A stretch of DNA of 34,616 nt from Patescibacteria group bacterium (GCA_023485715.1 JAMCZG010000036.1:1-34616); one strand, 5' to 3'; shown: positions 1-9,690, numbered from the stretch's first letter. A program made the numbers and translations. The notes: generated by a model not told the origin, from the letters alone.

Positions 1-907
1 ACACACAACGTTTAGAATCGGTGGTCCGGCTCAATACTATATAGAAGTTGAGAAAACGGATGATTTGGTTAAGGCGGTAAATACGGCCAGGACGATGAAG
101 ATTCCGTATCTCGTACTCGGGGGGGGATCAAACATTTTAGTTTCTGACAGGGGAGTTGACAGGTTAGTCATAAAAAATAACTGCAGGGCTTTTTCGCTTA
201 TGCGGATGAGCGGCAAAATAAAAAATAATAAAATCGATGTTGATAGCGCTTTTCTGTTTTCTGAGTCCGGGGTTATTATGAATCAACTAGTGCGGTTTAG
301 CATAGAAGAGGGTTTGGGTGGTTTGGAATATATGCTGGGGCTTCCGGGAACAGTCGGCGGCGCAGTTTTTATGAATTCTAATTTCCCGAAAAAAGAATCT
401 TATGTAGGAAATTCTTTGCACAGCGCAAAAATTCTAACAAAAAATGGAGAAGTTAAAGAAGTCGAAAGATCATATTTTAGATTTAGTTACGATAACAGTG
501 TTTTGCAAAGAACCGGTGAAATTGTTTTATCCGTAATTTTTAAATTAACCCCACAAGATAAAAAAATATTATGGGAAAGAGCAACAGAAGCTTTGAATCA
601 CCGAACAACAACTCAGCCAAAAGGTTTCTCTGCAGGTTGTGTTTTTAGAAACATATCGATAGTCGATGCGATCAAAATTCCAACACCTGATCGAATTATG
701 TCAGCAGGATATCTTATCGATAAAGCCGGTCTTAAGGGGAAGCGGGTTGGTGACGCTATGGTTTCCGATATGCACGCAAATTATATTTTAAATTCTGGCA
801 ACGCAAAAGCCTCTGATATTTTAAATTTAATTACGCTTATAAAACAAGAAGTATTTAAAAAATTTGGTGTTGAACTTTCGCTCGAAATCAGGAAAATAGG
901 ATTCTAA
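1..907 (+). CDS. murB: UDP-N-acetylenolpyruvoylglucosamine reductase (5' end outside window)
   Basis: Frame open from base 2: HTTFRIGGPA, then LGGGSNILVSD, GLPGTVGGAVFMN, SAGCVFRN, HANYILN. True start lies upstream of the window. Confidence 0.96.
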   Translation, partial: HTTFRIGGPAQYYIEVEKTDDLVKAVNTARTMKIPYLVLGGGSNILVSDRGVDRLVIKNNCRAFSLMRMSGKIKNNKIDVDSAFLFSESGVIMNQLVRFSIEEGLGGLEYMLGLPGTVGGAVFMNSNFPKKESYVGNSLHSAKILTKNGEVKEVERSYFRFSYDNSVLQRTGEIVLSVIFKLTPQDKKILWERATEALNHRTTTQPKGFSAGCVFRNISIVDAIKIPTPDRIMSAGYLIDKAGLKGKRVGDAMVSDMHANYILNSGNAKASDILNLITLIKQEVFKKFGVELSLEIRKIGF

Positions 908-909
908 TC

Positions 910-2244
910 ATGGAAAAATTTATTATAAAAGGCGGTAAAAAACTGACTGGTACGGTTTCTGTATCGGGTGCTAAAAATGTCGCGCTGAAAGCCATTGTGG
1001 CTGCGTGTTTGACAGACGAAGAAATTATAATCGAAAACATCCCGCTTATTTCTGATTTTTTTGTAATGACAGAAATATTAAAAGAATTAGGCGGGAAAAT
1101 AGAAATAAGAGATCATATAGCAACAATTAATGTTAAAAATATAGTAACTAGTAAAATATCGCTCGAAGAAGCTGCATTTGTGCGAACGTCCTCGATGTTT
1201 ATAGTGCCTTTATTAATAAGAACAGGACATGCGCTTATTCCGAATCCGGGTGGATGCAGAATAGGTGCTCGACCGATCGACAGAGTGATTAAAGGATTGG
1301 GCTTGATGGGAGCAAGTATTGATTACGATCATAAAGATGGTTTTTTCCACGCAAAAGTAAAGGGAAGACTAAAGGCGATTAATTATAAATTTGATAAAAA
1401 CACTCATACCGGAACAGAAACATTAATACTCGCTGCGTCGATGGCAGAGGGAAAAACTGTATTGGAAAACGCCGCGCAGGAACCCGAAATAGATGAGCTG
1501 ATTAATCTAGTCAATAAAATGGGAGGTAATATCAAAAGGACAAAGCCACGAACGATCGTTGTCGAAGGTGTCAAAAAACTTCATGGAACGACATTTAGGA
1601 TCGGTCCTGATCGAAACGAAGCGGTTACAATCGCGATTGCATCGATTCTAACAGGAGGAAGCGTCTTTATAAAAGAAGTTAAACGTGAAGGACTCATGGA
1701 ATTTTTAGACGTGTTAAGGAAGACAGGTGTTGAATTTGAGGAAAAAAAAGACGGAATAAGATTTTTTTCATCGAAAAAAATACTGCGTCCAACAAATGTC
1801 GAAACTACTTTTTATCCGGGGTTTATGACGGATTGGCAAGGACCCTGGGCGGTGTTAATGACAGCGGCAAAAGGCGTTTCGACCATTCACGAGACTGTTT
1901 ACGAAAACAGATTTGGATATGTGAAAGAATTAAAAAAAATGGGAGCAAAACTTATGCTCTATAACCCCAAAGTTAAGAATCCCGAAAATGTTTACAATTT
2001 TAACTTAAACGATGACAAAAAAGAATACAGGCATGCGGCTAAAATCAAAGGTCCCGTAAATCTTCATAACGCAGTCGTCAATATCTCTGATTTAAGAGCA
2101 GGTGCGACTCTTGTTTTAGCAGCGCTTCTGGCAAAAGGGCAAAGTGTGGTTTTTGGGATTGAACATTTGGACAGGGGTTATGAAAAATTTGAACAACGAT
2201 TAAAAAAAATGGGAGCAGATATAGAAAGAGTAAATCATGAATAA
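910..2244 (+). CDS. murA: UDP-N-acetylglucosamine 1-carboxyvinyltransferase
   Basis: SGAKNVAL, PGGCRIGARP (catalytic Cys present), PGFMTDWQ, ENRFGY, SDLRAGA, HLDRGYE. Confidence 0.97.
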   Translation: MEKFIIKGGKKLTGTVSVSGAKNVALKAIVAACLTDEEIIIENIPLISDFFVMTEILKELGGKIEIRDHIATINVKNIVTSKISLEEAAFVRTSSMFIVPLLIRTGHALIPNPGGCRIGARPIDRVIKGLGLMGASIDYDHKDGFFHAKVKGRLKAINYKFDKNTHTGTETLILAASMAEGKTVLENAAQEPEIDELINLVNKMGGNIKRTKPRTIVVEGVKKLHGTTFRIGPDRNEAVTIAIASILTGGSVFIKEVKREGLMEFLDVLRKTGVEFEEKKDGIRFFSSKKILRPTNVETTFYPGFMTDWQGPWAVLMTAAKGVSTIHETVYENRFGYVKELKKMGAKLMLYNPKVKNPENVYNFNLNDDKKEYRHAAKIKGPVNLHNAVVNISDLRAGATLVLAALLAKGQSVVFGIEHLDRGYEKFEQRLKKMGADIERVNHE

Positions 2245-2977
2245 AATCGGAGCAATAATTTTGGCAGCGGGAAAAGGAAAAAGGATGAATTCTAAAACGT
2301 CGAATAAGGTAACACTTCCTTTGCACGGCAAACCGATAATTTCTTACGCGGTCGATTTACTTATTAGATTAAAGATAAGCCCAGTAATAGTTGTCGTTGG
2401 GTTTGCAAAAAAATCGGTCATGGATGCTTTAAAAACAAGAGATGTTGTTTTTGCGGAGCAAAAAAAAAGGCTGGGAACGGGACACGCTGTGCTTTGCGGA
2501 TTTAAAAAATTTTCAAAAAATATTACAGATGTAATAATTTTTTACGGAGATGATTCATTTTTCTACAGAGAAAACGTTGTTAATAAATTAATAGATACCC
2601 ATTTAGCTTCTAAAACATCGATAACTTTTTTAACGATCGAAAAACCCGAACCGTTCGGACTCGGACGGGTTGTTCGTGATAAAAAAGATCACGTTATAAA
2701 AATAGTTGAGGAAAAAGATGCTACAGAAAAGGAAAAAAAGCTAACCGAAATCAATCCTGCTCTATATATTTTTAAAGCGGAATTTTTAAGGAAATACTTG
2801 CATAAAATTCCTAAAGGTAAAATTAGTAAAGAATATTATTTAACAGATCTTGTGGATATTGCGATACAGAATAGGGAAAAGATAAAGGCGGTAAGAGGCG
2901 GAAATATCCCCTGGAGAGGAGTAAACACAAAAGAGGAATTGGAAGAGGCAAAACGGCTTTTGTCTTTATCGCAGTAA
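2237..2977 (+). CDS. glmU: GlmU-like N-acetylglucosamine-1-phosphate uridylyltransferase, N-terminal domain only
   Basis: IILAAGKGKRMNS, EQKKRLGTGHAV, IVEEKDAT, EYYLTDLV, GVNT. It ends at 246 aa with no hexapeptide-repeat acetyltransferase domain. Confidence 0.85.
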   Translation: MNKIGAIILAAGKGKRMNSKTSNKVTLPLHGKPIISYAVDLLIRLKISPVIVVVGFAKKSVMDALKTRDVVFAEQKKRLGTGHAVLCGFKKFSKNITDVIIFYGDDSFFYRENVVNKLIDTHLASKTSITFLTIEKPEPFGLGRVVRDKKDHVIKIVEEKDATEKEKKLTEINPALYIFKAEFLRKYLHKIPKGKISKEYYLTDLVDIAIQNREKIKAVRGGNIPWRGVNTKEELEEAKRLLSLSQ

Positions 2978-2979
2978 AT

Positions 2980-3420
2980 ATGTATAAAATAATCGTCGAG
3001 AATTTAACAGAGGTAACCCCGGAAATCATAAAAACATTGAATAGCTTGCTTAGGCAACTGAATTCAAGTGCAGAGCCGATTACCGACAAAATTGTTCACG
3101 AAGTTCTCTCCTCGTCTATGAATCGGTTGTTCGTCGCGAAAGAGTCAAATTCCAATGCAATAGTTGGTATGCTGACCTTGGTTACATATCGCATCCCATT
3201 TGCTAAAAAAGGGATAATCGAGGATTTGGTTGTCGATAAAAAATGGAGAAAAAAAGGAATCGGAAGAAAACTTATTACTAGTGTTATTAACCAAGCGCGT
3301 AATGACAAAATTCAATACTTGGATTTGACCTCGAACCCAAAACGTGAAGAAGCGAATAACCTTTATCCGCGTATCGGTTTCGAAAAGCGCGATACAAATG
3401 TTTATCGTATAAAACTTTAA
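2980..3420 (+). CDS. GNAT N-acetyltransferase, GNA1-like
   Basis: IIEDLVVDKKWRKKGIGRKLI acetyl-CoA motif A; LTSNPKREEANNLYPRIGF. Confidence 0.88.
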   Translation: MYKIIVENLTEVTPEIIKTLNSLLRQLNSSAEPITDKIVHEVLSSSMNRLFVAKESNSNAIVGMLTLVTYRIPFAKKGIIEDLVVDKKWRKKGIGRKLITSVINQARNDKIQYLDLTSNPKREEANNLYPRIGFEKRDTNVYRIKL

Positions 3421-3422
3421 AA

Positions 3423-4087
3423 ATGCAGAAGAAGAAAACAATTATTCTTTTTGATATTGACTATACGTTGTTCGATACAGATGCTTACAGAGAAATTCTA
3501 AACAAAAAATTTCAAAAATAACAGGATTTAGCAAAGTAAACGAGTTTAATAATCTTTTTAACGAAGTACTTGATGAATCAAAGAAAAAATTAGGGCATGT
3601 TAGTCCGAAAAGATTATTGCAATTAATTCTAGTAAAATCTAAAAATAAAATATTACTAAAAGATTTGGAGAAAGTTTTTTGGGATAAAAAAAATTATAGT
3701 CTGCCGATTTACCAAGACGTAAAAGACTTACTTTTATTCCTAAAAAGTAATAAAAATTTAATCATCGGTATTTTTTCTAAAGGTAACAAACGACATCAGA
3801 AACAAAAAATCAATTCATTAAAGGAAATTTTTGAAGAAGAAAATATTCATATCTTTTTAGAAAAAAAAGATAAACTTGCTTTTATTTTAAAAAAATACGA
3901 AAATAATCAGCTATATTTTGTTGACGACTCGCTTATGATCTTGCGAGAGGTAAAAATTACGGATAAAAACGCATGCACGATTTGGATAAAGAGAAAAAAG
4001 AGATATGAGCCGATCGATTCTCTGCCTGATTTTAGTCCGGATAAAACGATTAAAAATCTGAAAGAATTGAGAAAAATTATAAATTAA
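3423..4087 (+). pseudogene. HAD-superfamily hydrolase/phosphotransferase, frameshifted near 3504-3509
   Basis: ATG 3423 reads MQKKKTIILFDIDYTLFDT (HAD motif I) to TAA 3519-3521. The -1 frame is open from about 3509 into the 3617..4087 ORF, which has FSKG (motif II) and FVDDS (motif IV). One extra A in the A6 run joins them. Confidence 0.8.
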
Positions 4088-4093
4088 TAAATT

Positions 4094-5902
4094 ATGTGTG
4101 GAATATTTGGTTATGTAGGAAAACAGCAAAACGCAGCAGAGTTTGTTTTGAGCGGATTAAAACTTCTAGAGTACCGTGGTTATGATAGTTGGGGGATAGC
4201 GTTAAAAATTTCAAATTCTAAATCTCAAATTTCAAATTCAAGACAAAATAGGGACTCAAAATTCATAACGGAAAAACATATTGGGAAGATCGGAAACGCT
4301 CAGTTGAGTTCGAATGATTTAAGATCAAACTTGGCGATAGGCCATACAAGATGGGCCACACATGGTGGAGTAATCGTAGAAAATGCTCATCCGCACCTGG
4401 ATTGTAAAAAAGAAATTGCCGTGATTCATAACGGGATTATCGAAAATTACGCAAGAATTAAAGAAGGGCTTTTAAAAAAAGGTCATAAATTTGTTTCTGA
4501 AACGGATACAGAAATAATACCGCATTTAATCGAAGAGTTTTTAAAAAAAGAGGGGTTTGCTTCTGCAGTGCGCGATGCGTTCAACCAGCTTAAAGGGTTA
4601 AACGCTATCGTCGTGGCAAATTCATTATCGAGACAAATAATTGCTGCTAAAACAGGATCACCTCTTGTCATCGGAAAAGGCAACGAGGGTTTCTTTGTGG
4701 CATCAGATGCAACAGGGATTATTAAGCACACACGAAAGTTGCTGTTCCTAAAAGATCGTGAAATGGTAATTTTGGGTGACGACGTAGAATTACTTACTCT
4801 ACCCTCCGGGAAGAAAAAGATTTTAAGATTTGAACAAATCGATTGGAAAATCGAAGATGTTGAGAAGGGGAAGTTTGACCATTTTATGTTAAAAGAAATT
4901 TATGAACAGCCCAAAGTTGTTAGAAATATTGCAGAAAATTACACAAGCCAAATCAAAGAATTAAAAAAATTAATTGATAAAGCAAAAGGTACATTTTTAA
5001 TCGGTGCAGGTACGGCGTTTCATGCATGTCTTGCTGGGTCATACTTTTTTTCTAAAATAGCAAATATCCACATTAACACTACGGTTGCATCAGAATTTAA
5101 TTATTTAGAGGATTTTTTAAATTCGAAAAGCTTAATAATTGCTTTATCCCAGTCGGGCGAGACCATTGACGTGATCGAGCCATTAAATCATGCTAAAGAA
5201 AAAGGTAGCAAAATTATCGCTATTACAAACGCGCTCGGTTCGACAATCTACAGAATGGCAGATTATAAATTGCTTTTGGGCGCCGGTCCTGAAAAAGCTG
5301 TCGCATCTACAAAAGCGTATATCGCCAAAGTAGCACTACTTTTAATGCTGTCTTACGCGGTGGCGGGAAAAGTTAACCGAGCAAAAAAACTTTTACTCGA
5401 TGCATCAAGAGAAATAGATATTCTTTTATCTAAAAAAAACATTTTAAAAATTAAAAAAATTGCGTCGATAATTAATTCTTCGGAACATTTATATACGATC
5501 GGGCGTGGGACATCTTTCTCAACAGCATTGGAATCGGCTTTAAAAATAAAAGAAGTTAGTTATTTGCATACAGAAGGACTAGCCGGTGGAGAATTAAAGC
5601 ATGGGCCGATCGCGCTTATTTCAAAAGGGACCCCTTGTGTTGTATTTGCTCCACAAGACGAAACATTCGATGCGATCATTTCCAATGCGACCGAAATAAA
5701 ATCCAGGGGAGGATTAATAATCGGAGTCGGACCTAAAAAATCACCTATTTTCGATTATTGGATTAAGATAAAAGACGTTTCCGAGGCGCAAATTATTCCG
5801 CATGTAGTATTTGCTCAAATCTTAGCTTATTATCTTTCAGTCGAGAGGGGACACGATCCTGATAAGCCAAGGAATTTGGCTAAAAGCGTTACGGTTAAAT
5901 AA
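4094..5902 (+). CDS. glmS: Glutamine--fructose-6-phosphate transaminase (isomerizing)
   Basis: MCGIFGY, LEYRGYDS, GHTRWATHG, SQSGET, ELKHGPIAL, PRNLAKSVTV. Confidence 0.98.
   Translation: MCGIFGYVGKQQNAAEFVLSGLKLLEYRGYDSWGIALKISNSKSQISNSRQNRDSKFITEKHIGKIGNAQLSSNDLRSNLAIGHTRWATHGGVIVENAHPHLDCKKEIAVIHNGIIENYARIKEGLLKKGHKFVSETDTEIIPHLIEEFLKKEGFASAVRDAFNQLKGLNAIVVANSLSRQIIAAKTGSPLVIGKGNEGFFVASDATGIIKHTRKLLFLKDREMVILGDDVELLTLPSGKKKILRFEQIDWKIEDVEKGKFDHFMLKEIYEQPKVVRNIAENYTSQIKELKKLIDKAKGTFLIGAGTAFHACLAGSYFFSKIANIHINTTVASEFNYLEDFLNSKSLIIALSQSGETIDVIEPLNHAKEKGSKIIAITNALGSTIYRMADYKLLLGAGPEKAVASTKAYIAKVALLLMLSYAVAGKVNRAKKLLLDASREIDILLSKKNILKIKKIASIINSSEHLYTIGRGTSFSTALESALKIKEVSYLHTEGLAGGELKHGPIALISKGTPCVVFAPQDETFDAIISNATEIKSRGGLIIGVGPKKSPIFDYWIKIKDVSEAQIIPHVVFAQILAYYLSVERGHDPDKPRNLAKSVTVK
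4206..4240 (+). repeat. Five degenerate 7-mers (AAATTTC/AAATTCT/AAATCTC/AAATTTC/AAATTCA) in frame inside glmS
   Basis: Read directly; encodes KISNSKSQISNS. Confidence 0.85.
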
Positions 5903-5907
5903 TTATT

Positions 5908-7506
5908 ATGTTTTTTATACTTACAACAATTTTATTCGCGATCTGGGTGATAAGAAATACTTTGTTTTGGGTTAATCTCTGGCAATTAAAGGAATATCGT
6001 TTAGACAGAATTTTGATTCATCTTAAAGAAACTAGTCAAGGTAGATCCTTGCTATTTTCTCCGCTAGCTCTTATTAAATGGGGGTTAATTTTTTCGTATG
6101 CTTTGGTTCCTTTCGAATTATTGTCTTTACCTATTTATAGAATTTTGGTTTCGGTAGTTTTCTTATATCAGCTTATTTTGGTCCTAAAGGATATTGCCAA
6201 ACAACAAATAAAATCTCCTATTTTTACTCTTAAAGTTGTTTTTGTTCTATTCATGACTTTTTCCGTTGCGATAATTTTATGTTTCTTTCCTCTCACGGAA
6301 AGATTTTTGTGGCTTTTATTAATCGATAAATTCGTAACGTTTTTTATAGGCTTCGTTTTTTATATTCTTTCTTTTCCCACAGAATTCTACCGTGATTTAC
6401 AAATAGAAAGGGCGATTAAAAAAATAAGAAGAAATGATAAATTACTGGTAATCGGAGTTACCGGCAGCTTCGGCAAAAGTTCTACAAAAGAGTATATCGC
6501 GCAAATTTTAAGTAAAAAATTTAAGGTGGTTAAGACAAGAGGGAACAACAATACCCCGATCGGTATTGCCAATACGATCCTTTCTGATTTAAGAAAAAGT
6601 ACAGAGGTATTCGTCGTTGAGATGGGAGCGTATAAAAAGGGAGAGATCACCCATATGTGCCAAATCGTAAAGCCCAGAATCGGAATAATTACTTCGGTAA
6701 ACGACCAGCATCTTTCTCTTTTTAAATCATTGGAAAATATAATGAACGCGAAATACGAATTAGTAGAAGCTCTGCCAAAAAATGGCCAAGCTTTATTTAA
6801 CGCAAACAATGAAAACTCATATAAACTTTACAGAAAAACAAAAAAGCGAAAGCTTTTATATGGTACTTCTTTAGACGATAAGCCAGATATTTATGCAAAA
6901 AATATTTCTGTTAAAAAAAATTCAGTATCTTTTGATGTTGTTACCAAAAAAACAGTTGAAAAAATCAAGGCGCCTCTAATCGGAGCGCAAAATGTCGAAA
7001 ATATTCTACCGGCGGTAGCTATTGCAGAAACTTTGGGGATGAATTTTGAAGAGATTAAAAAAGCTGCTTCTTATCTTCTTCCACAACCAAAAACCATGGT
7101 TTTGCATAAGTTTTCCAACGGATGTGCCGTAATAGATGACACTTATAACGCAAACCCAAACGCGGTATTAGCAGCATTAAAATATATAAATATTTATAAA
7201 GGAAAAAAAATCTTGGTTTTGCAACCGATGATCGAGCTCGGAAAAAACGCAGAAACAGACCATTATGATATTAGCAAAAGTATATCCAGATTTTGTGATT
7301 ATCTTTTTTTAACAAATTCAAACTTCAACGGCATAATTTTGGAGGGAATAAAAGACGGGGGAGGAAAGTGCCAGGTTAAAATAGGCAATTCCGATGAGCT
7401 TGCGGAATTGATTAAATCTACAGTAAAATCTGAAGATGTTGTTGTTTTCGAAGGAAAAGAAGCTGGATTTGTTATGGCAAAAGTCTACGATTTAATGACG
7501 GATTAA
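5908..7506 (+). CDS. murF: Mur ligase, MurF-like, with N-terminal membrane domain
   Basis: About 160-aa hydrophobic N-terminus; GVTGSFGKSSTKE P-loop, NNTPIG, VVEMGA, IDDTYNANP, MIELG. Confidence 0.82.
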   Translation: MFFILTTILFAIWVIRNTLFWVNLWQLKEYRLDRILIHLKETSQGRSLLFSPLALIKWGLIFSYALVPFELLSLPIYRILVSVVFLYQLILVLKDIAKQQIKSPIFTLKVVFVLFMTFSVAIILCFFPLTERFLWLLLIDKFVTFFIGFVFYILSFPTEFYRDLQIERAIKKIRRNDKLLVIGVTGSFGKSSTKEYIAQILSKKFKVVKTRGNNNTPIGIANTILSDLRKSTEVFVVEMGAYKKGEITHMCQIVKPRIGIITSVNDQHLSLFKSLENIMNAKYELVEALPKNGQALFNANNENSYKLYRKTKKRKLLYGTSLDDKPDIYAKNISVKKNSVSFDVVTKKTVEKIKAPLIGAQNVENILPAVAIAETLGMNFEEIKKAASYLLPQPKTMVLHKFSNGCAVIDDTYNANPNAVLAALKYINIYKGKKILVLQPMIELGKNAETDHYDISKSISRFCDYLFLTNSNFNGIILEGIKDGGGKCQVKIGNSDELAELIKSTVKSEDVVVFEGKEAGFVMAKVYDLMTD

Positions 7507-7528
7507 TCGGTATAAATATATCTTCGCA

Positions 7529-7558
7529 TTGAACAAATAGTCTTCTTTAAGGTATAAT
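7529..7558 (+). promoter_or_regulatory. Sigma70-type promoter for mraY, probably leaderless
   Basis: TTGAAC-18nt-TATAAT, 8 nt before ATG 7567, no SD. Confidence 0.6.
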
Positions 7559-7566
7559 TAGTCATT

Positions 7567-8577
7567 ATGTCACAGCTTTTGGGGCTTATAATACTTTCGT
7601 TTTTCATCTCGATGATACTCTTTATCCCGTTCATCGACTTTTTATACAAATTAAAATTAAGGCGTAAAAAGCAGGTAACAAGAGATATGTTTAACAACCG
7701 GACGCCGGTTTTTGATAAATACCATGGTTGGAAAGTCGGGACCCCATTTGGGGGAGGATTACTAATCATTGTGATCGTAACCGTGTTAACACTTTGGGCA
7801 TACGGCATTTTTCAGGTAGATATAAAAGGCTGGGAACTGTTTGTAATCTTATTCTCGCTTATCGGATTTGGGGCTTTAGGTCTTTACGATGATCTAAAAA
7901 AACTCACAGATGTGAAAAGGAGCGCATTTTTTGGGTTGAGGTTTCGACATAAATTTTTAATTCAGTGGATATTGGCGTTAATTATCGCTATTGTCTTCTA
8001 TACGCAGCTTGGTTATAATTTTATTTTTATTCACGGGTTTGGACTCGCGATTTTAGGATATCTATTTGTTCCGTTTGCGGCTTTTGTTATTGTTTCTTTT
8101 GTTAATGCCTTTAATATTGCAGACGGATTGGATGGCTTGGCGCCGGGACTTGCTCTTATTTGCCTTATCGCATTTTTAGCCATTAGCTCGACACAACTCC
8201 ACAGTTTCCTAGGGATCTTCATCGCAGTGCTAATGGGAAGCATCGCGGCATTTTTGTACTTTAATATTTATAAAGCAAGACTTTGGCTCGGTGATGCTGG
8301 GTCTTTAGCTTTAGGCGCAACGCTCGCTGTAGTAGGGCTTCTCACGGGAAAAATTATCGCACTTGCTGTTATCGGAGGATTCTTTGTCCTGGAAGTCGGC
8401 TCATCGCTAATCCAAATTATCGGGAAAAAATTTTTGAAAAGAAAAATTTTCCCGGTTTCTCCTTTTCATCTTTATCTCCAAAATAAGGGATGGGAAGAGC
8501 CAAAAATCGTAATGAGAGCCTGGATTGCTGGTTTCTTTTTTGCGGTTTTAGGCCTTTATATTGCTTTCTATAGTTAA
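7567..8577 (+). CDS. mraY: Phospho-N-acetylmuramoyl-pentapeptide transferase
   Basis: KVGTPFGGG, GLYDD, NAFNIADGLDGL, LGDAGSLALG, SPFH, WEEPKIV. Confidence 0.95.
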   Translation: MSQLLGLIILSFFISMILFIPFIDFLYKLKLRRKKQVTRDMFNNRTPVFDKYHGWKVGTPFGGGLLIIVIVTVLTLWAYGIFQVDIKGWELFVILFSLIGFGALGLYDDLKKLTDVKRSAFFGLRFRHKFLIQWILALIIAIVFYTQLGYNFIFIHGFGLAILGYLFVPFAAFVIVSFVNAFNIADGLDGLAPGLALICLIAFLAISSTQLHSFLGIFIAVLMGSIAAFLYFNIYKARLWLGDAGSLALGATLAVVGLLTGKIIALAVIGGFFVLEVGSSLIQIIGKKFLKRKIFPVSPFHLYLQNKGWEEPKIVMRAWIAGFFFAVLGLYIAFYS

Positions 8578-8601
8578 AGATTAATTTTTATTGGTTTTCG
8601 A

Positions 8602-9672
8602 ATGAAAAAAATCGATCTACTTCTGTTCTTCACGACGATCGCTTTAACGATTTTTGGATTACTCATGATTTATGAGGCATCTTCTTTTATCGCTTTCAGA
8701 GATTTTGGAGATAAATACCATTATATAAAAGACCAGTCTATTTGGATAACTTTGGGATTATTCGGTATGTTTTTCTTCTCTTTTTTTGATTATCGTAAGC
8801 TTTATAATTTATCCTTGCCCTTATTAATAATTGTATTAGTGCTTCTAATATTAGTATTTATTCCGGGATTGGGGATTTCGGTGATGGGTGCGCGTCGATG
8901 GATCGATTTTGGAATTACGAGTTTGCAGCCTGCTGAATTTGTAAAGTTTGCACTGGCAATATATCTTTCTGCTTGGTTTTCGCGTAAAGAGAAGGGGAGA
9001 CTGATTTCTTTTTTATTGATCCTTGGTTTAATAGTTTTTTTAGTTATGTTACAACCAGACATGGGTACAGCATCGATAATTCTCTTTGAGGCTCTGATTA
9101 TATACTTCTTGTCCGGGGGAAATATTCTTGTTTTTTTACTTTTAATTCCGATTCTTGGTGCTTTGGGATTTTTTCTGATAAAATTTTCTCCATACAGGGC
9201 TGCGAGACTCGCTTCTTTTTTGAATATAGGATCGTCGTTTGAGTCAGCATCTTATCATACACGACAAATTTTAATCGCGCTCGGAATGGGAGGATTAACG
9301 GGCGTTGGAATCGGGAATTCGTTGCAGAAGTATGCATATCTCCCCGAAAATACGACCGATTCGATTTTTGCGATCATCGCCGAAGAATTCGGATTTTTAG
9401 GAGCAGTAATTTTAACAATCTTATTTTTTATAATTGTGTGGCGCGGATTCACGATCGCAATAAATTCTAAAGACACTTTTGGAAAACTACTCGCCGGAGG
9501 AATAACCTCCTTTTTAACCATACAGATAATTTTTAATTTAGGATCTCAGGTAATCCTTTTCCCGTTGACCGGGGTTCCCCTGCCTTTTATCTCTTACGGA
9601 GGGTCTGCTTTAATCGTGGATCTTTGTGCGATCGGAATACTTTTAAATATTTATCGACAATCTAATGTCTGA
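8602..9672 (+). CDS. ftsW: SEDS peptidoglycan glycosyltransferase FtsW
   Basis: GARRWI, QPAEFVK, QPDMG, LPENTTDSIFAIIAEE, LPFISYGGS; lies between mraY and murG. Confidence 0.93.
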   Translation: MKKIDLLLFFTTIALTIFGLLMIYEASSFIAFRDFGDKYHYIKDQSIWITLGLFGMFFFSFFDYRKLYNLSLPLLIIVLVLLILVFIPGLGISVMGARRWIDFGITSLQPAEFVKFALAIYLSAWFSRKEKGRLISFLLILGLIVFLVMLQPDMGTASIILFEALIIYFLSGGNILVFLLLIPILGALGFFLIKFSPYRAARLASFLNIGSSFESASYHTRQILIALGMGGLTGVGIGNSLQKYAYLPENTTDSIFAIIAEEFGFLGAVILTILFFIIVWRGFTIAINSKDTFGKLLAGGITSFLTIQIIFNLGSQVILFPLTGVPLPFISYGGSALIVDLCAIGILLNIYRQSNV

Positions 9673-9690
9673 ATTTAATATAATAAAATC

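Noticed and set aside
4088-4093. glmS ribozyme upstream of glmS
   Set aside because: Only 6 nt separate glmS from the upstream gene.
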